Shown here: positions 1 through 8,757 of the stretch, piece after piece
Layout of the letters: each line of letters begins with the position of its first letter
Position numbering within the stretch: the stretch's first letter is position 1
Origin: a virus
Reading direction: 5' to 3' (one strand)
Length of the DNA stretch: 45,171 nucleotides
IMG/VR virus record: IMGVR_UViG_3300033746_000018
The notes under the pieces: model-generated
What the model was told of the DNA's origin: nothing
The model's input: only the letters and a program-made list of their open reading frames with translations
The model's database searches: none
Translations under genes and position numbers: made by a program

Positions 1-99
1 AAATATGGGAAGCGGCTTATCCTACCATTAACCGTGCAACTGGTGGTAAAGTTATCGGTATTTCTACTGCTGATAAAGGAACTTTGCACGAAGATATAT
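1..99. repeat. 99-bp exact terminal direct repeat, copy 1 (identical to 45073-45171). This is the overlap signature of a circular or circularly permuted assembly.
   Basis: I compared both ends base by base and the 99-nt string aaatatgggaagcggc...cacgaagatatat is identical. The terL frame is continuous across the junction. Confidence 0.95.
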
Positions 100-989
100 G
101 GCAGAACGCTAAATGGGAGTTTAAAGGGGAAAAAGGTAGCGGTAAAAACTCTTTTACTGGTATGTTTATACCCTGGTATGCTCACCCTGACCGTAATCAG
201 GAATGGTATGACAGGACAGCTGCAGATATTCCTAATTCAGTTAAGAAAGAGTATCCTGCTTCACCTGCCGAAGCGTTTTCTGCTGGTGCTGGGGCTATGT
301 TTCACGAATGGCGACCAGATATTCACATACCTTACGGACAGGACTGGTATCCGCCTTCTAGCTGGCGTATAGTTATGTCTTATGATGGTGGATATAATAG
401 AGCAGCTGCTTGCTGGTATGCTATTTCTCCTGATGGTTGGGCTATTATGTATAGAGAATATTATCCTTTCCACAAAACTGATCCAGAACAGGCCGAAGAT
501 ATACGAATGTTATCAAGAGATCCTAATGGTGTACCTGAACAAATAGATTATATTGTAGCTGATACATCTTGTTGGGCTAAAAATAAGGACACAGGTAAAA
601 CTACAATAGATATTATGGAAGAACACGGGCTAAGACCTTGGCGACAGGCTGACAAAGACAGGATTATGGGTTGGCGAAGATTTCACGAGTTTATTACTCC
701 TATTAAGGACGAGCAGGGAGAATATGTACTTGATAGGAATGGTAAACCTTTATGCAAGTTGAGATTTACTCAAAGCTGTAGTAACACTATCCGTATTTTC
801 CCAGGACTTAAAGTACACCCTCAAAAACCAGACGATTTAGATAGCGGACAAGAGGACCATATTCACGACTCTTTACGCTACTACTGCCTGTCAAGACCAA
901 GACCAAAGATGAATAATAAGACTAGAAAGAAGTTAAGGGAAGCTAGAAAACGCAGGATTAAGCCTATATCATCTTCTACAGGCTATTAA
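1..989 (+). CDS. terL: Terminase large subunit, C-terminal nuclease part. It continues 44457..45171 across the circular junction, giving about 534 aa in total.
   Basis: The frame is open from base 3 and in phase with the ORF ending the window. It has RNaseH-like nuclease-type acidic motifs (SYDGGYN, IVADTSCW, DHIHDSLRYY). Confidence 0.9.
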   Translation, partial: IWEAAYPTINRATGGKVIGISTADKGTLHEDIWQNAKWEFKGEKGSGKNSFTGMFIPWYAHPDRNQEWYDRTAADIPNSVKKEYPASPAEAFSAGAGAMFHEWRPDIHIPYGQDWYPPSSWRIVMSYDGGYNRAAACWYAISPDGWAIMYREYYPFHKTDPEQAEDIRMLSRDPNGVPEQIDYIVADTSCWAKNKDTGKTTIDIMEEHGLRPWRQADKDRIMGWRRFHEFITPIKDEQGEYVLDRNGKPLCKLRFTQSCSNTIRIFPGLKVHPQKPDDLDSGQEDHIHDSLRYYCLSRPRPKMNNKTRKKLREARKRRIKPISSSTGY

Positions 990-999
990 GGAGTCTATT

Positions 1000-1167
1000 A
1001 TGTATGATGATTATGACAGAGATACAGCCCAAATACTTGTTGAATATGCTAAATGCTGCGAAACTCCAGAAGATGACGGGTATATGGCTATGTGGTGTTC
1101 AGTTATCTTTGATTTGACAGCTGCCGAAGGTGTTAGGTTAGTTGAAGCCCTGCATAAAAGGTTGTAA
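1000..1167 (+). CDS. Hypothetical 55-aa protein
   Basis: ATG lies 7 nt after AAGGAG (988-993). The ORF is below the track cutoff and I translated it by hand: MYDDYDRDTAQILVEYAKCCETPEDDGYMAMWCSVIFDLTAAEGVRLVEALHKRL. Confidence 0.5.
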   Translation: MYDDYDRDTAQILVEYAKCCETPEDDGYMAMWCSVIFDLTAAEGVRLVEALHKRL

Positions 1168-1215
1168 ACCGAAGTTTGCAGTTTGCAAATTATTTAATTT
1201 GGTGGTATTCTTAAA

Positions 1216-1389
1216 GTGAGGTGGAAGACAATAGAAGAATTAAGATGTAAAAATTGTAATAAAGTATTGGGAGAAGCCGATTTTGAAGGTGTCATAAAGA
1301 AAAAATGTCCTAGATGTAGCAGTATGAACATATACTTTCAGCGTTTAGGAGGAAAAGTTTACAGATTTTTGGAACATAAAGAAAAATAA
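1216..1389 (+). CDS. Com-like zinc-ribbon protein (57 aa, GTG start)
   Basis: Hand translation gives MRWKTIEELRCKNCNKVLGEADFEGVIKKKCPRCSSMNIYFQ... The CxxC-N17-CPRC spacing resembles the Mu Com family. An intrinsic terminator follows. Confidence 0.55.
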   Translation: MRWKTIEELRCKNCNKVLGEADFEGVIKKKCPRCSSMNIYFQRLGGKVYRFLEHKEK

Positions 1390-1404
1390 TCAAGCGGCTC
1401 AAGC

Positions 1405-1449
1405 AGCCCCTACTATCAGGTAATAACTGGTGGTGGGGGCTTTTTCTAT
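1405..1449 (+). terminator. Rho-independent terminator
   Basis: A 15-bp stem agcccctactatcag / ctggtggtgggggct (with G-U pairs) is followed by tttttctattt. Confidence 0.7.
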
Positions 1450-1479
1450 TTATATAGTATTGTTTTAAGGAGGGTTATT

Positions 1480-1707
1480 ATGCCAATGGGTATGGGACAA
1501 CCACCACAACAACCTGGAGGTCCAGGAATGGCGGCTGGTCCTCAAAACGGAGGACAAATGCAACAGCTGCAGCAAAGATTATCTCAAATGGATCAACAGC
1601 AATTAGTAATGTTAGCTATGCAGCTGATTACTAGATTGCAGCAGGTAGAACAAGCAGGGGCAGGACCACAAGCACCACCACAACAACCACAGCAGCCGAG
1701 AAGGTGA
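1480..1707 (+). CDS. Q/P/G-rich low-complexity microprotein (75 aa) immediately upstream of portal
   Basis: ORF track. RBS is aaggagg. The composition is almost only Q, P, G, M, A and L. Confidence 0.6.
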   Translation: MPMGMGQPPQQPGGPGMAAGPQNGGQMQQLQQRLSQMDQQQLVMLAMQLITRLQQVEQAGAGPQAPPQQPQQPRR

Positions 1708-1711
1708 TTAA

Positions 1712-3643
1712 ATGATTTTTAACCGACCAACTACATTACAGCAGGAAGCAAGCGACTTATTCCAGGAACAAATATCGCTATTTAATCATTTTGACAGTTA
1801 TCGTAGTCAATGGGACGATATGGCGGTTAGATGGTATAAGCAGGTTGTTGGCTATAAAGAAAAATTTAGGGAAAAGGACGAGGAAGAAAATCACAGATCA
1901 GATATTCATATACCTAGAGCCTATCAGATTGTAGATACTATTCGGGCAAGGTATGTAATGGGATTGTTTAAATCTTCGCCCTATATAGATTTTCTGCCTA
2001 AGCCGACAAATTTTGACAGATTTCCTATGAATATGGCAGAAGATAAAGCGAAGGTGGCTGCTTCTTTAGTTAATGAGCAGTTGGATAAAAACAACATAGT
2101 TTCTAAATACTATGATTATATAACTTCTCTATTAATCTTTCCTTTAGGAATTATGGGTGTTGGGTGGCGATACGAGGAAGATTTTGTAAAGAAGAAAGTA
2201 CCAGTACCAGAGATAATCAGAAATCAATTTGGAGTACCTCAATATACAGGTAGGCAGATATATCAAACCAGGCAGAGTAGAGAAGCTGTTTGGGACGATA
2301 ACGAGATAACTAATATAGATTATTTTGATTTTTGGCCTGACCCTAAAGGTACTAACTTAGACGATTGTCGAGGAGTTTTCCAAAGGGAATTTGTTACTAT
2401 AGATCAGTTAAAAAGCAGATTAGAATTTTTAGATTATTTAGATGAAGGTCGTATTTTCCTAAGAGATCTTAAAGAATTACAGGAATTACAAGGTGCAGCC
2501 AACTTAGAACACGGCCGAGATAAAAGAATGTCAGAGATAGGTTTTTCTTCTGGTGATGTTGATATTTTCAGCAACAACGACTATAAGTCTAGCAAAAATT
2601 CAGAATTAGAATTGTTGCACTATTGGGAAGATAACAGGCATTGTATAACAGTCAACAGGCAGAAAACTATTTATGACGGACCTTCTCCTTACTGGCGACA
2701 CAGGAAGAAACCATTTGTAGTAGGCAAATATGACAGATTACCTTCTGAATTTTACGGAATGAGTGCAGTACAGGTCATTTCTGATATTCAGGAAGAAGAA
2801 AACACTCTCCATAATCAGCGTACAGATAATATTAACTTTATTTTAAATAAGATGTGGAAAGTTAGACGAGGGGCAGACATTGACGAGTCCGAATTGGTAT
2901 CAAGACCACACGGAATTATCTATGTTGATCGCCCAGAAGATGTACAAGAATTTGATATGACAGATGTAGCTTCTTCTGCTTTTAATCAGCAGGGTATGTT
3001 GAAAGGTTTAGCTGAAAATGCACTTGCGACTCCACCTGTTATGCAGGGAGCGGAAAGTACAGGCGACCAAACAGCAACAGAAACTATGAAGCAAACATCT
3101 AATGCTGGAATGAGATTTGAAGTTAAGCAAAAAATATTCGAGGAATTGGGTATTAAGCGTTTAGCACACTTAATGGATATGAACAATCAGCAATTTATTG
3201 ATAGCGAAAGGTTAATTAATATTCCGTTTGAACAGGGTAACGCTTGGCGTGCTATTGATACAGGTGATTTAATAGGTGAATTTGATTACAGGCCAGCAGG
3301 AACTAATGTTGATCCTGCAGCTAATAAAGATGTAAGACGAGAACAATTAACTCATATGCTTCAAATGTTATTACAGTCTGGAGTACCATTCGTTAATTAC
3401 AAAGAATTATTTGAAGAATGGTTGAAGGCTTTTGATATAGAAAATGCAGAAAAATTCTTGTTGTCGGACCAGGAAATGGCTATACAGCAAATGCAACAGC
3501 AACAACAGGCTGCTGCAGAGCAGGGAGGTAATAGACCAACAGCTGCCCAGCAGGCTGATAATGCAAGTACAGGTAGAGCAAGAGGAAGAAGGCCACAGAC
3601 TGAAAGAAACCCTAGTCAACAAGCGTCAGGACAGGTGAGATAA
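1712..3643 (+). CDS. Portal protein (643 aa) with a Q-rich, basic C-terminal tail
   Basis: It is the largest ORF directly after terL and before scaffold and capsid, with portal-typical size and position. The family was not verified by search. Confidence 0.75.
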   Translation: MIFNRPTTLQQEASDLFQEQISLFNHFDSYRSQWDDMAVRWYKQVVGYKEKFREKDEEENHRSDIHIPRAYQIVDTIRARYVMGLFKSSPYIDFLPKPTNFDRFPMNMAEDKAKVAASLVNEQLDKNNIVSKYYDYITSLLIFPLGIMGVGWRYEEDFVKKKVPVPEIIRNQFGVPQYTGRQIYQTRQSREAVWDDNEITNIDYFDFWPDPKGTNLDDCRGVFQREFVTIDQLKSRLEFLDYLDEGRIFLRDLKELQELQGAANLEHGRDKRMSEIGFSSGDVDIFSNNDYKSSKNSELELLHYWEDNRHCITVNRQKTIYDGPSPYWRHRKKPFVVGKYDRLPSEFYGMSAVQVISDIQEEENTLHNQRTDNINFILNKMWKVRRGADIDESELVSRPHGIIYVDRPEDVQEFDMTDVASSAFNQQGMLKGLAENALATPPVMQGAESTGDQTATETMKQTSNAGMRFEVKQKIFEELGIKRLAHLMDMNNQQFIDSERLINIPFEQGNAWRAIDTGDLIGEFDYRPAGTNVDPAANKDVRREQLTHMLQMLLQSGVPFVNYKELFEEWLKAFDIENAEKFLLSDQEMAIQQMQQQQQAAAEQGGNRPTAAQQADNASTGRARGRRPQTERNPSQQASGQVR

Positions 3644-3873
3644 TGGACGATAAACAGCGTGAATTAAGAGAAGTTGCGACATTGGCACAGTCAACAGGTT
3701 GGGAATATGTCAAAAAATTTATTGAAAAGCGTATAGGCGTTATTGAAACTGACCTTTTAGAAATGGAAGAACTGGAATTGGTGGAAAGAATAGCGTTGCA
3801 GAAGGAAAGAAAATCGTTGAAATCAGTCTTGCAGTATGTTGAGAAACGATTTAATAAGGCGTTAGAAACTTAG
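3643..3873 (+). CDS. Hypothetical coiled-coil protein (76 aa), head module
   Basis: ORF track. Its start overlaps the portal stop (TAATG). Confidence 0.6.
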   Translation: MDDKQRELREVATLAQSTGWEYVKKFIEKRIGVIETDLLEMEELELVERIALQKERKSLKSVLQYVEKRFNKALET

Positions 3874-3884
3874 GAGGTCAATAA

Positions 3885-5117
3885 ATGGGATTATTCGGTG
3901 AAAATGCTCAAGAGGGTAATGTTAGTGCAGAAAACCCTTTAGGCATTGAGCAAGCCCAGGAACAACCTGGAGAACTTGCTTCGGAAAACGGAAATGAAGG
4001 TAATGTGGAAGGCCAAAGTCAGCAGGCAAGTTTAGAAGATTTAGCACAGCAGGCAGATGGTAAGAAACCAGTTAATCAACAAAAATCGACAGATTATGAC
4101 AGAAAAGTTGATTATGTAAGAGAAAAGTTTAAGTCAGCGGAAGATCCAGCAAAAGAATTTGAAAGAAGTATCAATGAATTAGAACAAAAATTAGGCGTTA
4201 ATGAGCAAAAACAAATATCTAATCCAGAAGAAGCAATTAATTACTATATGGAGTTGGAACAGCGTTTAGGCCAGACTTCTAATGTGGATCAGACCAGACA
4301 GCAGTTAAGTAGATTAGAACAGGAAAATCAAAGATTAAGACAGATGTATTTAATGCAACAACAGCAGGCTATGCAAAACCCGCAAAATATGCAGCAGCCT
4401 AGAAGGGACCCTCAAACCGGCCGATTTGTCAGTCAACAACAGGTAAATAATCAGCAGAACTTTAACCAGCAGAATGTTAATCAACAGCAGCAACCACAAC
4501 AGCCACAGGAAAATACAGGTTTAACTTTAGAAGATGTAATGGCAGACCTTAACTTTGATGTATCAGCTGATGAAGCAATTAATGAACTTTATGAGAAAGG
4601 CTATAATTCTGATGTTTTCAAAAAAGTTGTAGCAGAAACTTCTCTAAAGACAGCTGAAAAATTAGTTGAACAGAAATTTAATGAAATGCAGCAACAAGAA
4701 CAGCAGAAAAAACAGGAAGAACAACAGAGATTGCAACAGGCACAGCAGCTTAACAATAGTTATCGTAGCCAGGTAGATACTATCAAACAGCAGTATGGGG
4801 AACAGGAATTTGAACAGCATAAAGACGATATGCTTAACTTTTTCCAACAATATCCTATGTATTTAGATCCTCAAATGTTTCCGAACGGCTTTGAGATAGC
4901 TTTTAATAATGTCCGAACTATGAATAACCAGTATCAGCAGCAACAGCAGAATATGCAACAGCAACAGCAGTATAATAATGCTCAAAAACAAGCTGCTAGA
5001 ATACCACAATCTCAACATAATAATAAATTGAGATTTCAAAATAATATGAGTCCCGAGGAAGAAATTAGGCAAAACATCTTCCACACGAATGATAAAAGAC
5101 AAGGGATATTTGGCTAG
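3885..5117 (+). CDS. Scaffolding protein candidate (410 aa, extremely Q/N/E-rich, coiled coil)
   Basis: It sits between portal and major capsid, has an AGGAGG RBS and a helical low-complexity composition with poly-Q tracts. Confidence 0.65.
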   Translation: MGLFGENAQEGNVSAENPLGIEQAQEQPGELASENGNEGNVEGQSQQASLEDLAQQADGKKPVNQQKSTDYDRKVDYVREKFKSAEDPAKEFERSINELEQKLGVNEQKQISNPEEAINYYMELEQRLGQTSNVDQTRQQLSRLEQENQRLRQMYLMQQQQAMQNPQNMQQPRRDPQTGRFVSQQQVNNQQNFNQQNVNQQQQPQQPQENTGLTLEDVMADLNFDVSADEAINELYEKGYNSDVFKKVVAETSLKTAEKLVEQKFNEMQQQEQQKKQEEQQRLQQAQQLNNSYRSQVDTIKQQYGEQEFEQHKDDMLNFFQQYPMYLDPQMFPNGFEIAFNNVRTMNNQYQQQQQNMQQQQQYNNAQKQAARIPQSQHNNKLRFQNNMSPEEEIRQNIFHTNDKRQGIFG

Positions 5118-5178
5118 CTGACAGGAATTTTAGGAACACCCTGCGGCAGCCAATAAAATATAAAGGAGTGTAATTAAA

Positions 5179-6387
5179 ATGGCAGTATTAGATTATAACG
5201 GTCGCAATATTTGGACAGGAACAGATGGAACTCCTGTTACTACTTACAATATTGACTCTGACCGCAGGGATATTGATGTATCGAATGATATAGCCCAATT
5301 AATGCCAGAAGCAACACCATTTTTAAGTATTTTAATGAGGGCTAGAAAAGTACCTGTAAATTCAATGGAATTTATTTGGTATGATGAAGAAGAACAAGTT
5401 TGGTGGACTAAGCTAACTGCCAGTTATTTAGCTGGTACAGCACATACAGAAGAAGTTATCTCTTTAGCTGACGCTTCATTTATCAGACCTAAAGACTTGC
5501 TGAAAAACGGATCAACAGGCGAGATTATGTATGTTAAGTCTAAAGCTGGTAATGATGTAACAGTTGAGAGAGGTTATGGTTATGACGCTCAGGCTTCTAG
5601 TGGTACTGACGCTGTAGCTTCAACTGGTACAGATGATAACATTATGAGAATGTCAAATGCTATGGAAGAAAACTCTAATGCACCTGAAACACACGCTACA
5701 CAGCCTAATAAGTTGTGGAATTTGGTACAAACATTCCGTACACCTTTTGACGCTTCAATGGCTAATCAAATTGAAGGAAAGCGTGCAGGAACTGACACTA
5801 GAACTAGACTCAGTAAGATAAAAGCAGTAGAACACCGAATTGATATTGAAAAGCAAATGATGTTTGGTGAAAGATACGAAGATGTATCTAATAAAGTGAG
5901 AATGACTGGTGGACTTATTCAGTTTATCAAGTCCAATGCTTATGATGTAGGAACTACAAACGGAGGTACATTGTCAGAAGCTGAATTTGAAAACTTCTGC
6001 GAAATGGCTTTCGATTGGGGTAGTAAGCGTAAGTTATTCCTGACTTCACCTAGAATTGGTAGTATTATTAATCAATTTGGTGCAAGCAGAATTGAAACTA
6101 CATCTGGCGAGGAAACCTACGGTATGAGATTAAGACGATTAATTTCATTCCACGGTGATGTAATTATCGCAACAACTAAGCTATTCGAGAAAGATTATGC
6201 TCATACAGGCTTAATGCTTGATATTGAGAATATCGACTATCGTCCAGCTGGCGGTAATGACTCTAAGCTAAGAAAGAATATCCAGGAGAATGACAAGTTA
6301 GGCTGGAAAGACGAGTACCTAACAATGGCTGGATTAAGAGTAAGACTGGAAAAAACACACAGTATTTTAACTGGTGTTACAGGCTAA
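5179..6387 (+). CDS. Major capsid protein candidate (402 aa)
   Basis: It follows the scaffold, has a strong RBS and ends at a strong intrinsic terminator. Size is typical of HK97-fold capsid proteins. Confidence 0.75.
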   Translation: MAVLDYNGRNIWTGTDGTPVTTYNIDSDRRDIDVSNDIAQLMPEATPFLSILMRARKVPVNSMEFIWYDEEEQVWWTKLTASYLAGTAHTEEVISLADASFIRPKDLLKNGSTGEIMYVKSKAGNDVTVERGYGYDAQASSGTDAVASTGTDDNIMRMSNAMEENSNAPETHATQPNKLWNLVQTFRTPFDASMANQIEGKRAGTDTRTRLSKIKAVEHRIDIEKQMMFGERYEDVSNKVRMTGGLIQFIKSNAYDVGTTNGGTLSEAEFENFCEMAFDWGSKRKLFLTSPRIGSIINQFGASRIETTSGEETYGMRLRRLISFHGDVIIATTKLFEKDYAHTGLMLDIENIDYRPAGGNDSKLRKNIQENDKLGWKDEYLTMAGLRVRLEKTHSILTGVTG

Positions 6388-6400
6388 TATACAACAGAAT

Positions 6401-6424
6401 AAGGGAGGGTAATTCCTCCCTTTT
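6401..6424 (+). terminator. Rho-independent terminator after the capsid gene
   Basis: aagggagg-gtaatt-cctccctt followed by a T run. Confidence 0.8.
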
Positions 6425-6448
6425 AATTATATCAAGGAGGAAATTAAG

Positions 6449-6793
6449 ATGGCTAAAAGAGGACCTAATGGTAAATTTAGACCAGCTATGGCAGAAAAAC
6501 CAGCAGTATTTGCAAGTGTAGGAAAAGGAACTTGTGGCTTTAGAAATTTAGTTTTAGTTATGGATACAGCAGTAACAAGTAAAGACCCGAATGTTGAGAA
6601 TAAGCGTGGCAGGCGTTTAGAATTTGGACCTGATGGCAAGTTAGAAACTGCAGAAACAGAAGTTATCTCATTTTTAGAATGGAAAGTAAAACACCCTTCT
6701 CCTTTTAGTCGGATCACTAAAATTCAAGAAGAAGTTTACAAAGGTGAAGAAGAAGATAAAGACGAAGATAAAGATAAATCTAAAAAGAAATAA
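6449..6793 (+). CDS. Hypothetical virion-module protein (114 aa) with a KDE-rich tail
   Basis: ORF track. RBS is aaggagg. Confidence 0.65.
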   Translation: MAKRGPNGKFRPAMAEKPAVFASVGKGTCGFRNLVLVMDTAVTSKDPNVENKRGRRLEFGPDGKLETAETEVISFLEWKVKHPSPFSRITKIQEEVYKGEEEDKDEDKDKSKKK

Positions 6794-6809
6794 TTAAAAT
6801 AAAGGACTG

Positions 6810-8756
6810 GTGAGTATGCAGGAATTAAACTGGAATAACGATAACGAACAAAATTTAGAATTTCCAGTCCATTATTGGAATTATATCGAGAAAATGTTTT
6901 CTCAATTTGGTACAGGTGAGCATATTGTCACTAAAGCTTTTGAAGCAGATAATGATTATTTAGGCTTCACAGATGATTATGATTTTTGCTGGGGGCCTCT
7001 TAATGAAGGCGAAGGATTACCAATACAAGTTTATCCTGACAATTGGGAAACCGACCCTGTTACTAAAATAGAATACACCACACAGGATTATGGATATAAC
7101 GAGTATTCGGGCAGGTTATGGGGGGTATATCAAGCAAGTATAGGCGAAATATATCTGCTTAAAGCTAATGAAGAATTAACTGGTTGGGATAGAAATGAAT
7201 TGTTAGCTTTTTCTCCTACAGGGAGTCAAAAACCGACAATAGAGTTTAATCCAGCAGGGCATTATGAAATAGCAGTAGAAATAACAATAGCTGGTACTGG
7301 AGTTAAAGAAATATGGCTAATGAGTTATCCTTATGAAGGAAGTAGTATAAGAAAAATTTGTAACGGCAGCTCGCCAACTTTAGTATTAAATCACAACAAA
7401 GAGTTAGTTTTGTTTTATGGCGATCAAGAACAAACTAATATTTATTATAGATTAGAAAATGAAAGTTATAATACTGAACACAGTATAGACTATATATTTG
7501 AGCCGGAAAGAACTTTAGACTTCATTAATGCTTTTAAAATTGATGAAAAAGAAATAGTTGCAAAACCATACCCAGAGTTTAGCCCTGACCCAATAGAATA
7601 CAGCGGAAAATTAATAGTTTTTTATAAGCGTGATGATGATTATAAACCTTATAAATACACAATAACAGATGAACTTTACAGATATGTATTTAAATATAAA
7701 GAACCTGTTTTAGAGCCTTATTTTGATGATATTATTAATAGCATTGATATAGATGTAAGTAATTTAACCTGGGAAGATATGAGATATTTAATTAATCTAT
7801 TTTCTTCACCAGAAGCAGATATATATATTGAAGGACAGAAAGAGCAGGAAAGCATATCAACAACGTTAAACACAGCAGGTGAAGGTTCAGTTTTAATAAT
7901 ACCATATAATACAGTATATAAACTTGTGTTAGAAAAAGAAGGTATTATAGAGGACAGCTGGGGATTATTAATATTTAACAATGATGAAACTAAAATGATG
8001 GATATAAATGTACCATTTTTAGGTGATGACAGTAAGCCTGTAGAAAATAACAATATAGATATATCAATTAGTAATATTTTGTGGGATTTAGCAGGTATAG
8101 ATTTAAATATACACGCTTTTAATCAGGAGGATTTAACTGATTTATTCGGAACAACAATAACTATAGAAGCACAAAGAGAACAACCTGAATTATCATCTGT
8201 AACAGATAGCACGGGTAATGCTTTATTTACTGATGTAATACCTTATGAAACAGTATATCAGCTTACTGTTGAGGACAGCAGTTTAGGAATAAATAGAGCT
8301 ATAGGATTATTAAATAATTTTACTCCTGGAAGCAGTCAGAATATAGAGTTGCCGTTTATATCTCCTTTTGTAGAAAATAGCAGTATTGATATTTTAACAG
8401 CGGTAGAATGGGAAACAATGTATATTACTACTACTATAACTGTAAAGGATTTAGCTGGAAATTCTATAGATGGTGCTGATATTACTATTGAAGCACAAAG
8501 AGATATGCCAGAGATTAACTTAACTACAGATGTCAACGGTCAGGTAATAGAAGATTTATTGGTTTATGATACAGCATATAATTTTATTATTTCTAAAACA
8601 GGATATGTAGTGGAAGATAATTTATCGCTATTAGTCGAAAATATAGCAAGTAAGGCAAGAAGTGTAGATATGTATATTTCTGACGGAGAGTTTGATAGAT
8701 CAGAAAATAACAGTATAGACATAGTTGTAAATTCAGTATTGTGGCTGGAGGTATAA
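6810..8756 (+). CDS. Tail or adhesin-like protein (648 aa) with three tandem ~109-aa beta-sandwich modules resembling CarboxypepD_reg domains
   Basis: The repeated motifs are IYIEGQKEQ.../ITIEAQREQ.../ITIEAQRDM..., each followed by TDxxG...Y-T-Y. They are separated by four N-SIDI-x5-W linkers. Confidence 0.6.
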   Translation: MSMQELNWNNDNEQNLEFPVHYWNYIEKMFSQFGTGEHIVTKAFEADNDYLGFTDDYDFCWGPLNEGEGLPIQVYPDNWETDPVTKIEYTTQDYGYNEYSGRLWGVYQASIGEIYLLKANEELTGWDRNELLAFSPTGSQKPTIEFNPAGHYEIAVEITIAGTGVKEIWLMSYPYEGSSIRKICNGSSPTLVLNHNKELVLFYGDQEQTNIYYRLENESYNTEHSIDYIFEPERTLDFINAFKIDEKEIVAKPYPEFSPDPIEYSGKLIVFYKRDDDYKPYKYTITDELYRYVFKYKEPVLEPYFDDIINSIDIDVSNLTWEDMRYLINLFSSPEADIYIEGQKEQESISTTLNTAGEGSVLIIPYNTVYKLVLEKEGIIEDSWGLLIFNNDETKMMDINVPFLGDDSKPVENNNIDISISNILWDLAGIDLNIHAFNQEDLTDLFGTTITIEAQREQPELSSVTDSTGNALFTDVIPYETVYQLTVEDSSLGINRAIGLLNNFTPGSSQNIELPFISPFVENSSIDILTAVEWETMYITTTITVKDLAGNSIDGADITIEAQRDMPEINLTTDVNGQVIEDLLVYDTAYNFIISKTGYVVEDNLSLLVENIASKARSVDMYISDGEFDRSENNSIDIVVNSVLWLEV

Positions 8757-8757
8757 A

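Noticed and set aside
34-372. A 112-aa plus-strand ORF at the window start, and the minus-strand ORF at 261-473
   Set aside because: Both lie wholly inside terL in other frames, lack RBSs and have hydrophobic, junk-like composition.
1183-1211. A TTGCAA-17-TGgTATTCT promoter-like string upstream of the Com-like gene
   Set aside because: The -10 ends only 5 nt before the GTG start, which would require a leaderless GTG mRNA. I do not consider it reliable.
2986-5102. Antisense or alternate-frame ORFs inside portal and scaffold (2986-3186, 3407-3622, 3444-3638, 4662-4850, 4863-5102)
   Set aside because: They are shadow ORFs of Q-rich (CAG/CAA, read as CTG/TTG on the opposite strand) coding sequence, giving L/S/F-rich translations with no RBS.
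3280-6260. A shared DYRPAG(T/G)N motif in portal (FDYRPAGTNVD) and capsid (IDYRPAGGND)
   Set aside because: The two stretches use different codons, so this is not a DNA repeat, and the match is only 7-8 residues. It is most likely coincidence.
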